NCBI GenBank assembly: GCA_039621445.1
Contig: CP154954.1
Location: 4,392,714 to 4,456,713 of the forward strand
Length of the DNA stretch: 64,000 bases
DNA from: Euglena gracilis
Lineage: Eukaryota
Direction: 5' to 3'
In this document: piece after piece, positions 19,290 through 38,200 of the stretch
Position numbering within the stretch: the first letter of the stretch is position 1
Layout of the letters: each line of letters begins with the position of its first letter
The notes under the pieces: generated by a model
Databases searched by the model: none
Seen by the model: the letters and a program-made list of their open reading frames with translations, nothing else
What the model was told of the DNA's origin: nothing
Translations under genes and position numbers: made by a program

Positions 19290-22200
19290 TTGAAAGAAGC
19301 GGTGCCAGCACCGCGGCACAGCCTGAGCAGCTCGCACTTCCGCCGGCATGCGGTCATGCCCAAGCTTTTGCTTAAGGGGGTCCAGTGGCCAACACCACTT
19401 ACTATCCACTAGAACTCCCCAGCCTTACCCCCCCCCCACCCGCCACTGGCCTGGACTGGGTGGTCCGGGGGTCCCTCCCACTGGAAAAAAATTCCTCAAG
19501 GGCTACCCCCCGGAGATGGAAATAAGACTTTTAATGAGCTTTCTTTGCCTCATTTTGTTCCACAGAATCCCAAAAAAAAAATGCCAGAAATGTGCATTAA
19601 TGGTGGGGTTTGAGGTTCCAAAAATTTCTGGTCAGTGGGTCCCGGTTTTCCGGTTGTTAGCGGGACCCTCGCCAGGGGGGGAGGGGGCGTCTCATTTCCA
19701 ACAGTCAAATTGGGACTAGCCCCAATTAATTAATCAATTTGGGACTTGCCAGCATCGCCTCCGGGGGGGACTGTCAACCGTTAAGCAGATGCCTGGTCGT
19801 GCCGCTTCGACCGGCGGCGCTCCGTCTTCTCCTGTGCCGACAGCAAGCACTTCCAGGCACTTGTCATTTTGGTGGTGTTGACAGGATTTGCCGGGATTTG
19901 TCGGGATTTGTCGGGTTTGAACACTGGAGGTGGGGTCCCGGCCACAATATTGGAAGAATTTGTTCTGAGACAAAGATGACTTTTGGCCACTTTTGTGCAC
20001 TTTTGTCAACTTTTGCCACACATTTAGCCATTTTTGCCCACCACTGTCCAACAACATGGCCACCCTTAGCCACTTTTTGGCACTCCTTTTGGCCGTTTTT
20101 GGGCACTTTTGCCCACACTTTGGCCTTTTTTGGCAGCTTTTGGGCCTACCTTCCCAAAACAAATAATACCCCCCCTTGGGGTCCGACTTCGGCCACCGAA
20201 TTAATACCCCCAAAATCTCGGGCCGACGACCCGGATTTTGACCTGAAATTTTGGGTAAAAATGTCTCTCTGACAATCTCTGACAACAAATTACGAAAAAC
20301 ATCGATTTTTCTGGATCACCTGGCCTCCAAAAATGCTACATTTTATGAGAAAGGACAAAAAATGACCCCAAAGGGGGGGCTTTGTATGCTATTTTGGGTC
20401 TTACAGGACTTCGAAAAATTTCGAAAATTTTGGGGTGCTATTACCCCCCCCCAAATAATACCCCCCTTCGGGCCAGGACTTCGGGCAAAAAAATAATTCC
20501 CCGGGGGGGTATTATTTGGGGGGGGGGGTTAGCTGGAGGCACTTGGCCTCCAGGAAGCAGTGCGCCTCGTGCTGCGTGCGGAAGCCGGACGTGGCCACCC
20601 GCACCTGCGCCTGCATGACCTTGCCCAGCAGCCTGCAACACAGAGGAGTGGGCGACCTTGGACAGTTATTCGCAGAAAGACCCACACAAAAAATACATAA
20701 TCTTTCGAAATATTTCTATCGAAATGTCAATGAAATGCACGGTTCTGTGAGCCGTGGGATGAAGCCAGTGATTCACTTGGGGGGGGGGGGACCGGGCCCA
20801 AAGCCACCCACCCACTATTATTGAAAACCCAAGCAACCATAAAACCCGCGCGGGGGTCAACCTACCCACCCACCCATCCAAACAGCACCTCAAACAAGCC
20901 GAAACCCCTGGTGTGGCTTTTGGCTCGGCTCGGCTTCATTGTCCCATAGCGCTCCCCACCCTCCGCGGTGGCAGGAGGGGTGGGGGGTCCAGCGACCCGA
21001 CTCACCCACCCACACTCAAAAACCCACCAAACCCCATAAATAAAATCGATGAATGAGCAAAGTGTCGACGGTGACACGCTGGGTTTTCCGTCCCCCGAAA
21101 TAAACGACCGGCAACACCCATGCGCCCACTTGCCCCGGGCCGACGTCACACACCGGGGGCCCGTCCGGCTCTGCTCCAGCACGCCGAAGTACAGCCGGCC
21201 GCTGGCCCCGGCCCACCACGCCGGGCACACGAAGCGGCAGATGATGAGGTCCACCGCGTCCAGGGGGGTTTGTTGGAACACCCCCACGCACCCAGCCCCG
21301 CAAGGAGAAGTGTGGTGGTGTGGGCAGGACCCCCGACGGCTCCCCTGCTGGGGGTGGGTCCATCAAGGGGGGGGGGGGCTCTGCAGGTTGTCAGGCCGGA
21401 GTCGGCGGGGAAATGAAATACTGTGTAAAAAAAAAACGTGATGTGCATGGTTTGCAAATTTTAACCAGTTTTTTTTTTTGCAAGCGAGCCCCTAAAGGCT
21501 CAATGGTGGCGGTTTTTGAAATGCAAATGTGGCCCCCAATTCCCACAAATAAATTAAACTCCCAGAATTTTGGTTTCAAACCAGCTTAGCTGGGGCAATT
21601 TGATTACCGCAGACATGAAAGCTGTGGATGGATAAAAAAAAAATAGCAGGTGGGTGATGGTTGCTGGGGCCTTCGGGCCTCAGAAACCTCCTGACCGCGT
21701 CACAGAACGCAAAGATGGCATCCAGCACGTCGGTCCCGCAGCGCTCCAGGGGGCTCAGCCGGCCCGTTGCCGGCTCTGAGGGACAGGACGCGGGGAGGCT
21801 GCACGGAGTTGCAGTGCAGTGCCGGCCCCCCTGGAGGGTAAGGGGTTGGCAGTGTGGGTCAGTGGCGCAGACCTGCCCGATGACGGCAGGGCAGTAAGAA
21901 AAGAAAAAAGACAAAAAATACTGTTGGAGCACATTCAATGAAAAATCCACAGGGAAAAAATGGCGCAAAACGGCCTTATTTTGGGTTAAAAAAACGGGTG
22001 GATTTCAGGGATATCCGCACCTTCACCACCATCGGAACGGACGACTGAAAAAAATATTACCTGTTGGATATCAGCCTTTTTCCCCTAAAGACTGCCCTTG
22101 GGCCAAGGGATGGCCAAAGGCTGATCCGTGGGTCGACAGGGTCAAAAATTAAAAAGTCGAAAACACATTTTTCTGACGTTTTGGCACCGGTTTATGATTA

Positions 22201-24193
22201 CGGATAATAATAATAATAATAATAATAATAATTTTGCAGTTGACAGTTTGGGCGTCTGTTGGCCCTTGGCCCTGTGGCCCTGGTTGAACTGCCCCAAAGG
22301 AAATCACATGGAACCACTCGAAGCGTTAAAAAAAAAAAAAAGAGACAAAACAAGGTCAATTGAAGACAACGGTTAACTTGCCCCGCGGTGAACAGCACGA
22401 GAGAACTCGCACCGGCGCACCTTTCAGGGCAACGACCAGGTCACGGTAGGGGAGGCGGGTGTTGATGGGGCCCGTACAAGGCGGCTCCTCCTCGTCCTCC
22501 GCCAGGATGCGGTCCTTCGGCGGCAGGGCGTTGCGAAACGACCTGCCGGGGGGTGCAACGCATACCATTGCTTACCCCCCCGGGGGAGGGGGGTATTCTT
22601 CCAATTTCAAAAAACCAGTCAGCCACTGTTCAAAAACCAGTCACCCAGTTCCTGCCCTCTCCCCCCCCCGGGGGGGATCAGTCACTTTGGTCACTCGGCC
22701 ATAAATGACCAAATACAAAGGATTTTGGTCAATAAATATTCGCCCCAGGTATCCTGGCCGACACACCCCGGGGACGGGGGGGTCCGGAGCCTAAAAGCAG
22801 TCAGTCACTCCGAAAAAACCAGTCAGTCACCCGTTCGGGTCGGATGCATCTTGAGCAACGGAATGGTCCAGCTCACAGGCGGTATTTTTTCGAATTCCTT
22901 TTTAAAAACTGAACTTTTTATTTTTGAAATTTTGAATTTTTTGATAAGAGTTGGGCTTTCTTTGAGGGTGCTGGCAGACTGGGCAGCCGAGCAGTGAGTC
23001 GAGGGGGAGAGCGGGGTCCGGGAACAGGCTGCTGGGTGGCTGCCCCCCCAGAGGGTGGGGTCCCTCCAAATGAGGAGACGCCCTGTCCTGGGGCGTCTCC
23101 TGCTCGTGGACGTAGAGGCTCAGCTTGGTACAGCACACGCACTGCAGGGTGGGGTCGAGGGGAGGAGGGTGGGACCGTCCTGTGGCCAGGTTGCATTAGG
23201 GAGGGACGGCGGAAAAACAGCCGAAAGCCGCACTGCGACATTTCAGGCCATGTACAAATAAAAACACACTACATTACCACACCTTTAGGCATTTATACCT
23301 TTATTTACACTTACATACTACATTTACATGCTGCATTTCATGTCCAAATAAAAGCACACCACATTTACATACATTTTTTCCATTTATACGTTGGTTTACA
23401 TTTAAATACCACATTTACATGCCAAATTTCATGCCTAAATAAAACATACTACACTTACAAACATTTATCCATTTATACATAGGTTTACATTTACGTACCA
23501 CATTTACGCGCTACATTTCATGGCAAAATAAAAACATGCTGCAGGAGCGGGCCGACCTGAAGAGGATTCAGTGTTGCTGGGAAGATACAACAAAAGTTGC
23601 GGAGGGTACCCAAAGCATACACACGCCTTTCCCCTCGGGCCACACCTGCACAATCAGAAAATTGTTGATAAAAAACCCATGCAGGTGCGCAAATGTATAG
23701 CCCCTAACGGGGCCCTTGGTTTGATTACAAAATGCAGGGCTCTCCCATTTCTTGGACAGCACACACATGTTTCAAAAAGCAAAAGGCGTCGAAGCAAAGT
23801 GCTCCAAAAATTTGAAATATGCTTCAAGATGGTCAAAGATGAGAAAGATGAGAAAGCTGAGAAACGTTCAGGCAAAGGAAAATGGTGACCTTTAGGTCGA
23901 TGAATTTTCTGACAAAATAGAAAATTCAAAAAAAAATGAACATGAAAAATGTATAACCGCCCCATGCGGATCTTGAAATTCTGCCCATATTTGGCATTGG
24001 GGAGGAATGGCATTGTGCAATGTGGAATATATGCAACGTGGTTGATTGGTCTGCCACGACACAAGATTGTCGGCCACGGCACGGGTGGAGGTGTTGGCAC
24101 GGCGGGTGGTGTGGGTGGTGCCGCGGGGACGATGTCTTCTGCCGCTCTTTCTTCCGGCACCACTTCCGCTGCCGCGACTGTTTCGAGAACCCA
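19290..24193 (-). CDS. Multi-exon F-box protein (core region; true ends uncertain)
   Basis: Inferred exons: 24193-~24070, 22542-22421, 21775-21697, 21255-21154, 20632-~20540, ~19848-19799 and 19355-~19290. The joined peptide LSPLERCGTDVLDAIFAFCDAVDLIICRFVCPAWW fits the F-box pattern. Possible further exons at ~26.1-25.95k, 25.3k, 23.0-23.1k, 15.3k and 14.5k. Confidence 0.72.
19356..19798 (-). other. Nonconventional intron consisting of a family-A MITE (19361-19795) plus one TSD copy
   Basis: CAC|GAC-CAGGCATCTGCTTAA ... TTAAGCAAAAGCTTG-GGCAT|GAC; flanks GGCACGAC / GGCATGAC (7/8). Confidence 0.75.
19853..20536 (-). other. Nonconventional intron core (CCAG..CTGG) flanked by an 8-bp near-duplication
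   Basis: Flanks AAGTGCCT (20544-20537) / AAGTGCTT (19852-19845); removing the core and one copy gives the in-frame peptide EAKCLLSAQEK. Confidence 0.65.
21256..21696 (-). other. Nonconventional intron splitting the F-box motif, with perfect 8-bp flanking duplication
   Basis: GACGC|GGT-CAGG ... CCTG-GACGC|GGT; GACGCGGT at 21701-21694 and 21260-21253; no AG at the 3' end. Confidence 0.85.
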
Positions 24194-27100
24194 CTGGGAA
24201 CACCGCCGGGGGATGTGCACGACCGGGGGGGGGGGACAAGGCACTTCAAATGTGCAAAAAAATAAAATAAAATTTTCGAGATTTTTAGATGTGCACAAAA
24301 TGCACATCATGTGAATTAACATGCTCCCCGACTGTCAACTTGGCCATGGCCCATCCATCCCGACATCAAAGGCAAAATCAGGCCTCGATTTCACCATAGT
24401 GGGGTAGTGTATCGGACTGCTCTGTGCATATAGAAGGCCTAAGAAACACAAATATAAATCGCTCTCATTGCAGAAAAGTCTGAAATTTGAAATTGATAAG
24501 AGTTTTGAAATAACCTTTGGCTGCGAGTCTGCGCCCGTTTGCTGGGGTCTCTGGAAAAAAAAAGCTGTTGCCCTGGAATGCAAATGTGGTTTCATTATGT
24601 CCATCAAAAAAGGCGAAGACTCATGCACACGGCAAATCTGTTGTGACAAACCCCGTTCACCGCTCTCATCATCTGACATTGAGTTACAGGGAAAGAAAGG
24701 AGAAACTGCAAAGACAAGGTCGACTCTCACAAACTATGTGATCAACAAGGGGACCAAGCAGGGGGATAGAAGAAAAACTGTTAACAACAAACAAGCAGAA
24801 TTTGCTTGCCATCATACGAAACATAAAATAAATTATTCACATTTCTTGGAGAGTTTTATGTGACAATTTTTCGAGATTACACATTCAAATAAACTGCCGA
24901 AAACACAACGCTGGGAAAAATTTCAAATACTTGGTATTTAACTCAACTGCCGTAAACCATACATCTTGCAAAAATAAAGTACACCTTGTTTTTAATAGTC
25001 GAACCCTAAAAAAGACTTTGCTTCATAATATGATCTTACTCATCCGCATTGTTCACAGTGCTCCAGGGCTCTTCAAACACCACTCTTTCTGATTCAGCAG
25101 CAACACATAACAACGCCATTGAAAGCTACTGGAAGCACTTTTGGCCTCCAAAAAAAAACACACAATTGAACAGACATATTTTTTTCATGCGCACACGAAT
25201 GTAGCCGCCTCCCCTCCCCCCTAACGTTGCAAGCCAGAAGCTCAAAAATATTAGTGGATTGTCCGGGTGTCCTGGCCAGTACAACGTACAATGGCGCAAG
25301 AAGAAGGGATCGCCGATGATGAGGGCAGGCCAGCTCCTGGAAGGATTAAAGATGTGGGTATTATTGCAGCCTGGTGCGTGGAGTGGTTCAAGCGGACGGA
25401 GTGATGGAGAACCCACAATTTTGAATGGGAGGAAATCACGTGCCCAAATTCTGAAGGCCCGAAGAAAATGTGCCCAAATAAAATTAGCACCGCAAAAAAA
25501 AATTCAAGATGCTTTGCTTCATCATTGTACTGATTTACAAACGTTCAATGATCGTTCGTTTCAAAGATTGCCCAAATATGTGGGTGTCGGGTGTAGCCAC
25601 CAAAAAGATAACGGAAACTTGCAGAGGGGAAGGAGGCATCAACCACAGATGAAGACCGAAGCGGGGAATCAGCAAGGTGCGGGCGAACGGAGTGCAAAAG
25701 GTACACTGGAGCGGATTGTTTTTGACGCCCCAACTACGGACTGCACCGTTGGTCTCATCTGCACTTGACCAGCATACTTGCTGCACACACTTTCTAATGA
25801 AATATATTGGTGAATCCAGAGACGCAGCAGGCGCCTCTCTTCTTGGCTTATGACCACTGATTTGTGGTAAACGACCAGGGGGTGGTCGGACAGGGGGGGG
25901 GGGGCACAAGTAATTGCACCCCTTGAAACGGCCAGGGAATTGGACCCGCGAAGCTTTCCGACAGGCAGCGGGCGAAAGGAGGGGCCTCGCTGCTCCTCTA
26001 GGCCCGCGGCTGCGGTCGCTGCGCCGCGGCCCAAGGGTTAGAGCGGAACGATTGCGGGGCTGCGATGGGGGGTAATGGGTCCGTCCTGGCGAAGGGTGCC
26101 ATCGGGGGGGCATAATGCTGCGAGAGCAGAAGGCATCCCTGATCGTCTGGGCCCAACCACGCCGTTGGGGGACCAAGGCTGGAAAAAGGTGAGCTCCAGC
26201 TGAAGCGACAAATGGCAAATTTTTTTTGGATTTTGACTTTTTTGAAACAATTCTGGTGTCTCACCAGCCAGGGGTAGGGAGGAACAGACCTTGCAGCTGT
26301 GGTGACCAATGATCCCCCAAACAATTAAGCAAATACAGAAAAAAAAGTTAATGGTATAAACAGACAGGTCAGCAGGCAGTTCGGCTGGAACCCACTCACT
26401 CACCTCTGAACGAAGTCAAAAACTCACATCCCACACCAAGAAAAGGAAATGCAACAGTTACGGAACGACAGCCAAACCTCTTTTAAAGTCCCCCAAGGGA
26501 CCCCGGGGGGGCCCGTAAAAATTGGGCCATTATTAAAAACATTTCTCACAAAAAAGTTAAAAACCTACACCCAGGCCTCCGTCCTGGGACCTCCCCCCGG
26601 GAGGTCCCCTGGGGGGGGGTCCGGCTGAGCCCCCCCCCCCCCTGGGGGGCCCCCTGGAGGGGAGTGAGGATACTTTTTGAATTTTTGACAAAGGTGCTAT
26701 TTTTGGCATTTTTGGCATTTTTCGCAATTTTGGCCATTTTCGAGGGAAAATGGGTGGATCACCCGGGACCCCTCCCCGGGGGCGGCCCCCCCCCCCAGAG
26801 GGTAGGTGGGTGGGGGGGGGGGGGCCTTAAAAAACCCCTGCCCCAGAGGTGGGGTAGGCCCGAAAATGAAAACTGGCTGGGCGAAGGCGCCGGAAATTTT
26901 TGGGAATTTTTTGAGACTTTTTGGCAAATGTTCATAATGAAGGAATAAGCAAACTCGAGGACATTTGTGTGACCATTCTTGTGATAGAATTATGCCTCCT
27001 TTTTCTCAATTTGGGCCACACATGAGAACATACCTTTAATGTCATTGTGTCACCATGGTGCCTTGCCAACATAAACAAATTCAAGAGTGGCCTCCCCTGA

Positions 27101-27343
27101 CTGACTGACTGGTTCTTAGGAAAAAGTGACTGACTGGTTTTTTCAGAGTGGAAAATGACCCCCCCCCCCCCTGGCCCGAGACCAACCCACACACCCAACC
27201 CCCCTCGTGGGGGGGAGTCTTCTGAATTATAATGAAATCTGCCGGCAGCCACTCGAGTGCGCGTGCCGCACAAGTCCCGGCGCCCACACTCCGCGGTCTC
27301 GACCCCAGCCAGCCGGTGTGGCGGCGGCGGAGCCCCGCGGCCG

Positions 27344-33241
<5,898 letters not shown>

Positions 33242-33328
33242 CGAGAAGGGGAGGGCAGGGGACTGCGGGAGGGAAGGGCGGCTCTGACCGCCGCATCCCG
33301 GGTGCCCACCCCCCCTCGCCGTCGAGGT

Positions 33329-33352
33329 CTGCAGCGAAAACGAAACGAAAGT
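33329..33352 (-). promoter_or_regulatory. Putative spliced-leader trans-splice acceptor upstream of the PH gene
   Basis: Pyrimidine tract plus AG (TTTCGTTTCGTTTTCGCTGCAG) about 90 nt before the ATG. Confidence 0.4.
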
Positions 33353-34182
33353 GCGTGGGATTATCAAAGCGATTTTGCCGTTCGGAAGTGGTACCACCGC
33401 CTCAAATGAGGCCCAATGTTGCAGAGAGGACGCAGAAAGGCTTATGAGATGCTTTCCCATGTGCACCGAGCCAGAGAGGATTTTTCGAAAATTATGGTGG
33501 AAATGCTTGTTTTATGGACTCAATCATTGTCGTTTCATCTGCAGAAAGGGGGTGAACACTGCATGCATTTCAAAAGAGCGCCGCAACACACATATTTTTA
33601 ATTTTTTATTATTATTTATTTATTTTTTATTTTTTAATTTTAATATTATTTATTATTTATTATGATATTATATGTTCACCCCGGGACTCACAGATCGCAC
33701 ACACGCCAAGCGAATGAAATTGGCTGACAGAAACAAAATGGGACAGAGTATCAAGACTCCTGTGGGGGAGGGGGCGGTTTGACTCTGATCTTGGTTCAAT
33801 CACGCAGCCAGCTCGATGTTTAATGCGTGAGAGCCCGTTTGATCAGAGCTGTATAATTGTGAAGCTTTATCAATATTGGGGGGGGGGCATAATCTGTGTT
33901 GCGCTATTTTGTGGTGCTTGTGTGTGTGAGTGTATTGTTGTTGTTGTTGTTGTTTGTATATGTGTGTATGTACCTGTGCCTGTGCGTGTGTGTGTGTGTG
34001 TGTGTTGCTTGTGTATGCGTGCATGTACCTGTGTGTGGATGTGTGTTGTTTGTAATGTGTATGTGAATGTGTGTGTGTGTGTGTGTTTGTTGTTGGTGGA
34101 TGTGTGTGTATGTGTCTGTGTGTGTATGTATGTGTACCTGTGTGCCTGTGAGCATGTGTATGTGTGTGTGTGTGTGTGTGTA

Positions 34183-34490
34183 CCTACCCCCCCCCCCCCC
34201 GGGAAACTGTCACCTGACAGGTTGACCAGTACCGGGGACCCTGACAACTTCCTATGCTGATAGGTTGGCCGGTACCGGGGACCCTGACAGTTTCCCGGGC
34301 GGGACCTGACAGTTTCCCAGGTAGGGCATTTCAAGGGAAAGTCAATGAAAAATGACCCTGACAGGTTGGCCGGTACCGGGGACCCTGACAACTTCCTATA
34401 CTGACAGGTTAGCCGGTACCGGGGACCCTGACAGTTTCTCGGGCGGGACCCTGCCAGGTTCTCGGGCATGACAGTTTCCCGGGGGGTAGG
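34183..34490. mobile_element. TA-flanked MITE with internal GACCCTGACA repeats
   Basis: TA|CCTACCCC..GGGAAACTGTCA ... TGACAGTTTCCCGGGGGGTAGG|TA; second copy at ~59349-59607. Confidence 0.82.
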
Positions 34491-35276
34491 TATGCGGTGC
34501 GCGTTGGATTATGTTTGTCGGAGTGGATCAGGTCATTGCTTGAGGACTCGGGGGGGGGGGGAGTTGGTCCACTGGCTGCCCATTTTGCTTGACACTGGAA
34601 AAAAATGGACTTGCTAGACCCATTGGGCGGTACACGGGTCCGCCCAACTCAAATTTCTTTTCTCCGGCATTGCGCGCCAAGGTGGAAATGAGTTTTAATA
34701 CTTTTTCCGGCTGATTTTGTTCCAAAAAAAGCCAAAAATGGCCAAAAATGGGCACTTTGGCCATTTTTGGCGGTCCAAAAAATTTTTGGTGCTTTGTGAC
34801 GGTCACTTTTCTAACTTGCTGCCCCTTAAAGGACCCACGGCGGGCCCACTGGGATTAGGATTTCCACTGGCCAAATTTGGACCAGCTGCAGTCCAGCCCC
34901 CTCCCAGTACCCCTTAAGCTGCGGGAGGCAAAGCTGTGGGGGGGGGGTAGGTTGGTTGGTGGGTGGGTGGGTGTGGGTGTGGGGGGGGGGGGGGGTGTGG
35001 TGTGGGGGGGTGGGTGTGTGTGTGGGTGGGTGGGTGGGTGGGTGGGGGTGGTGGGGGTGGGGGTGGGGGGTGGGTGTCAGCATGTGACAGTTTGAGAGGT
35101 GGGATTGCAGGTGAACGCAACAAACAGGTTTGCATCTGTGCAAAAGGTGTCAAGAAATGCAAACACAGTAACAAAAAAGAACAGATTGCCACAGAGGAGG
35201 CGGTCCGTAACTGGCGCCACAGCCAGCAAGCCAACAATATGGCTACAGGAGGGTGGGGGCGCAAGGTTCACAGGCG

Positions 35277-38200
35277 CTACACGCCCTTGATGCCCCACAC
35301 GGAACGGGGGAGGAACGGGAGGTCCAGAATCGTCTTGCGGCCGCTGTCGATCACCTCCTGGGCTTCATCTGGGCTGTCGAACCGCAGCTGCGCGAGACGG
35401 AAAGTTGGTACCGTCATTTGCAAACCCCTCCCCGCGTGGTCAGAGAGCCTGCGGAACACCTGACACAATTGGTTTGCACAATCAACCACAGCGGCATCTG
35501 CACAAATTAACATTTGCAATGTTGCAAATACTCAACACAAAACGTTTGCATATATAATGTCCTAACATTCTAATACTGCAAATTATTTTTATTTTGTATT
35601 AGTTATTGCCAACAGCAACAAATACTCCTGTACTACAGACCAATCTGAGGTAGGTACTCCAGGTTCGTTCACCGTGCCGCCGAACCCGTGCCGTGACGGA
35701 CAAATGGGGCACATACCCGGACGGCCTCCGGCGTCAGCTCCACCACGGACACCGCGGAGGGCCACGCGGACTTCAGGGCGTGGAGCAGGATTTTGTTGCC
35801 GAGGTGGACCACCGCGTGCTCACTCGTGCGGGCGGCGAGCGACTTGCATGTCACCGTCCGCGGCGGACCCCGGCACCAGGTTTTTTTAAAAGACCGGGGG
35901 GGAGAGGGGTCTCCCCACCCACCCCCCAGGGGGGTTCCCGGGGAACCCACAAAAAAATATGGCCGAAAAATTGCGAAAAAATGCTAAAAATAGCGCCTTT
36001 CAAAAAATTTCGGCGTCGAAAAGTGTATCCCACCCGACAAAAATAACCTGTCCTTGAAACGCACAAAGTTGTGGTTGACACGGGGATGGGGGGTTGTCAT
36101 GGACCAGCCGTGTCAAGAACAAGGGGGGGAAGATATGCCAGAGAGGGGGGGGGGGGGCGTCCCAACCCCCCACCATACAATTTTTTACTGACCCCCCCAC
36201 AAGATCACTCCACTTTTCGAAAAACCACTCAGTCACTTTTTTGGGGGGAAACCAGTCAGTTACTACCCCCCCCCCGGGGGGGGTCTGGCCACTCTGGAAT
36301 CCAAAGGAAATTTGACCAAACACATGAAAAAAAGGGCCCCCCCAAAAAAACCCGGCCTTCGGCGCCGGGTCACTTTAGTGGGGTTTTTTTTTGCCGACCC
36401 TGCCCCAGGGGGGGGAGGGGGTCCGGGCCAAAAAACCACCCCCTGGTGGGGGGTACAATGTGCGGCATTCAATGCCTTCAGCAGCGGCCCGGCCTGACTG
36501 AAAATGGTCTGTGGCTCTTTGGCGCACGCCGCCTGGTGCTGTTGAGCGGTCTTGAACGTGACGTTCACGAGGTTGATGCGGTGGGTTGGCTTGGCCTCCA
36601 CCACCCCGTCGTACAGCTGTGGGCGAGAGGGGGGGGGGGAGTTGGAGCCGGTGTGCCTTGAGAATAGGCCCAGGGCTGATATTGTTCCGTTGACCGACGT
36701 GGCAAAAATGGCAGGTGGCCAGACCAGCAGAGAGGGATTTTGTAAAAATCTCTTATTTCCAAAGAGGGCAGAAAAATCTTCCAGAATAACCCAGAAATTC
36801 TGAAAGCATGAAATACGAATCAAGGTCAAGCATTTGGGAATATGAAGCGTCCAAAACTACCACCAGGCCAGTCACTTTTCAATTTTCCTACCCCACCCCC
36901 CTGGGGAGGCCTTGGCCAGAAAACCAGTCAGTCACTCTAAAAAAGCCAGTTAGTCACCCCCCCCCCCCTGTGGGTGGGGTGGGACAGGTGTTAAACAATG
37001 GTATGGCAGGGACACTTTGGTACCCGCCCTCAAGGATGACTGCGGCCAAACCACAAGTCAGCCACTTTGAACTCTGGGGGGGGGGGGGACAGTGACCAAG
37101 CGACTGTCCACACGGCACCAGCACACCTGCTTCACAATGGCCTGGGCCAGTTTGATGAGGTCCGGCTTCTTCTTAAGCTAGAAGACCACCCTGGGGGGAA
37201 GGGGGTGGGTGGGTGAGTGGTATGGGGCCAGAAGCCCCCCCCCCCGGGTTCCGGGCTGGAGGCCCGGGTATGGGTTTCGGCGCCGAAAACTTTTTGGGAA
37301 ATGCCCTCAGATTATGCGGGGGGGGGGGTTCCCTGTGCCGGGCTGGGTCGGTTGGTGATCCTCCCTCCCCCCGGGGGTCTTAAAAAAGCAGCCGGGACGC
37401 GGTCGCCCACCACACAGACGTCCCGGAACTCGGTGGTCAGCCGGGCCCGCTTGCTCTCCGGCAGGCGGTCCACGTCCACCAGCGCCTCCGCCTTGCGCTT
37501 CTTGGACGGCCGCACCGCCCGGCGGGGTCCACCGTGGCGGCTTCCGTGACTGAGTCCCCCCCCCCGCTTGAGGTCCAAAGCCTCGCACCTCATGAAAACC
37601 CCCGTGGTTGGGTTTCATTGGGTGGGTCGGCCCAAAGGGTGAGTTTAAAACCGGGGGGGGGGGGGTTGGTGACAATCTGATCCCGCCATTTTGAGGTCCC
37701 CTCGAATGGCTTTGAATCCTTGACTCTTGATGTTCCGGAGCATCATTTGTTGATCTTCACCAGGAGGAGATTACCGGGGGGGGGGGGGGGTTGGCTCTGA
37801 ACAAAATTGGATAGAAAAAAATTGAACGGCGGAAAATTGGAATCGAGCAAACCGGCAAAAAGGTTTGGTGGGATTATCCCTCACCAATGTTTTCCACGCC
37901 ACTTTTGATCATTGCAAATGGGAACGGAAAAACTGGTGCACATCTCCACCCCAAAAGCTTCCAAATATAGCAGGGCACATACAAAAAAAAATGCATATGT
38001 GAACATTTTTGTGGATTGACAACCAACTTCTGCGTGGTAGTGAAGACTGGCTAAATGTGTCGGACGTGTGCTTCTGCCTTTGTCAGAGGCACCGTATTGT
38101 TGAAACCCCTGTGTCAACGACACATTTCCGCGGCATGTCTGCCCCCCCCCCCCGCTAGAAGTGTGACGTTGACACACCGTCGTTGACATGCCCCGTGGTT

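Noticed and set aside
17887-19409. 300-417 aa ORFs (HTYI/MYVC repeats)
   Set aside because: Translations of (CATA)n, open in many frames on both strands.
24185-25416. 10-bp direct repeat GTGGGTTCTC as another TSD-type intron
   Set aside because: No inverted termini, and a good canonical AG exists at 24194.
34200-34490. Repeat-spacer-like pattern
   Set aside because: The intervening segments are themselves repeated; these are internal repeats of a MITE with a second copy at 59.4k.
35693-36046. Plus-strand GC-rich ORFs over exons
   Set aside because: Antisense shadows of high-GC3 minus-strand exons.
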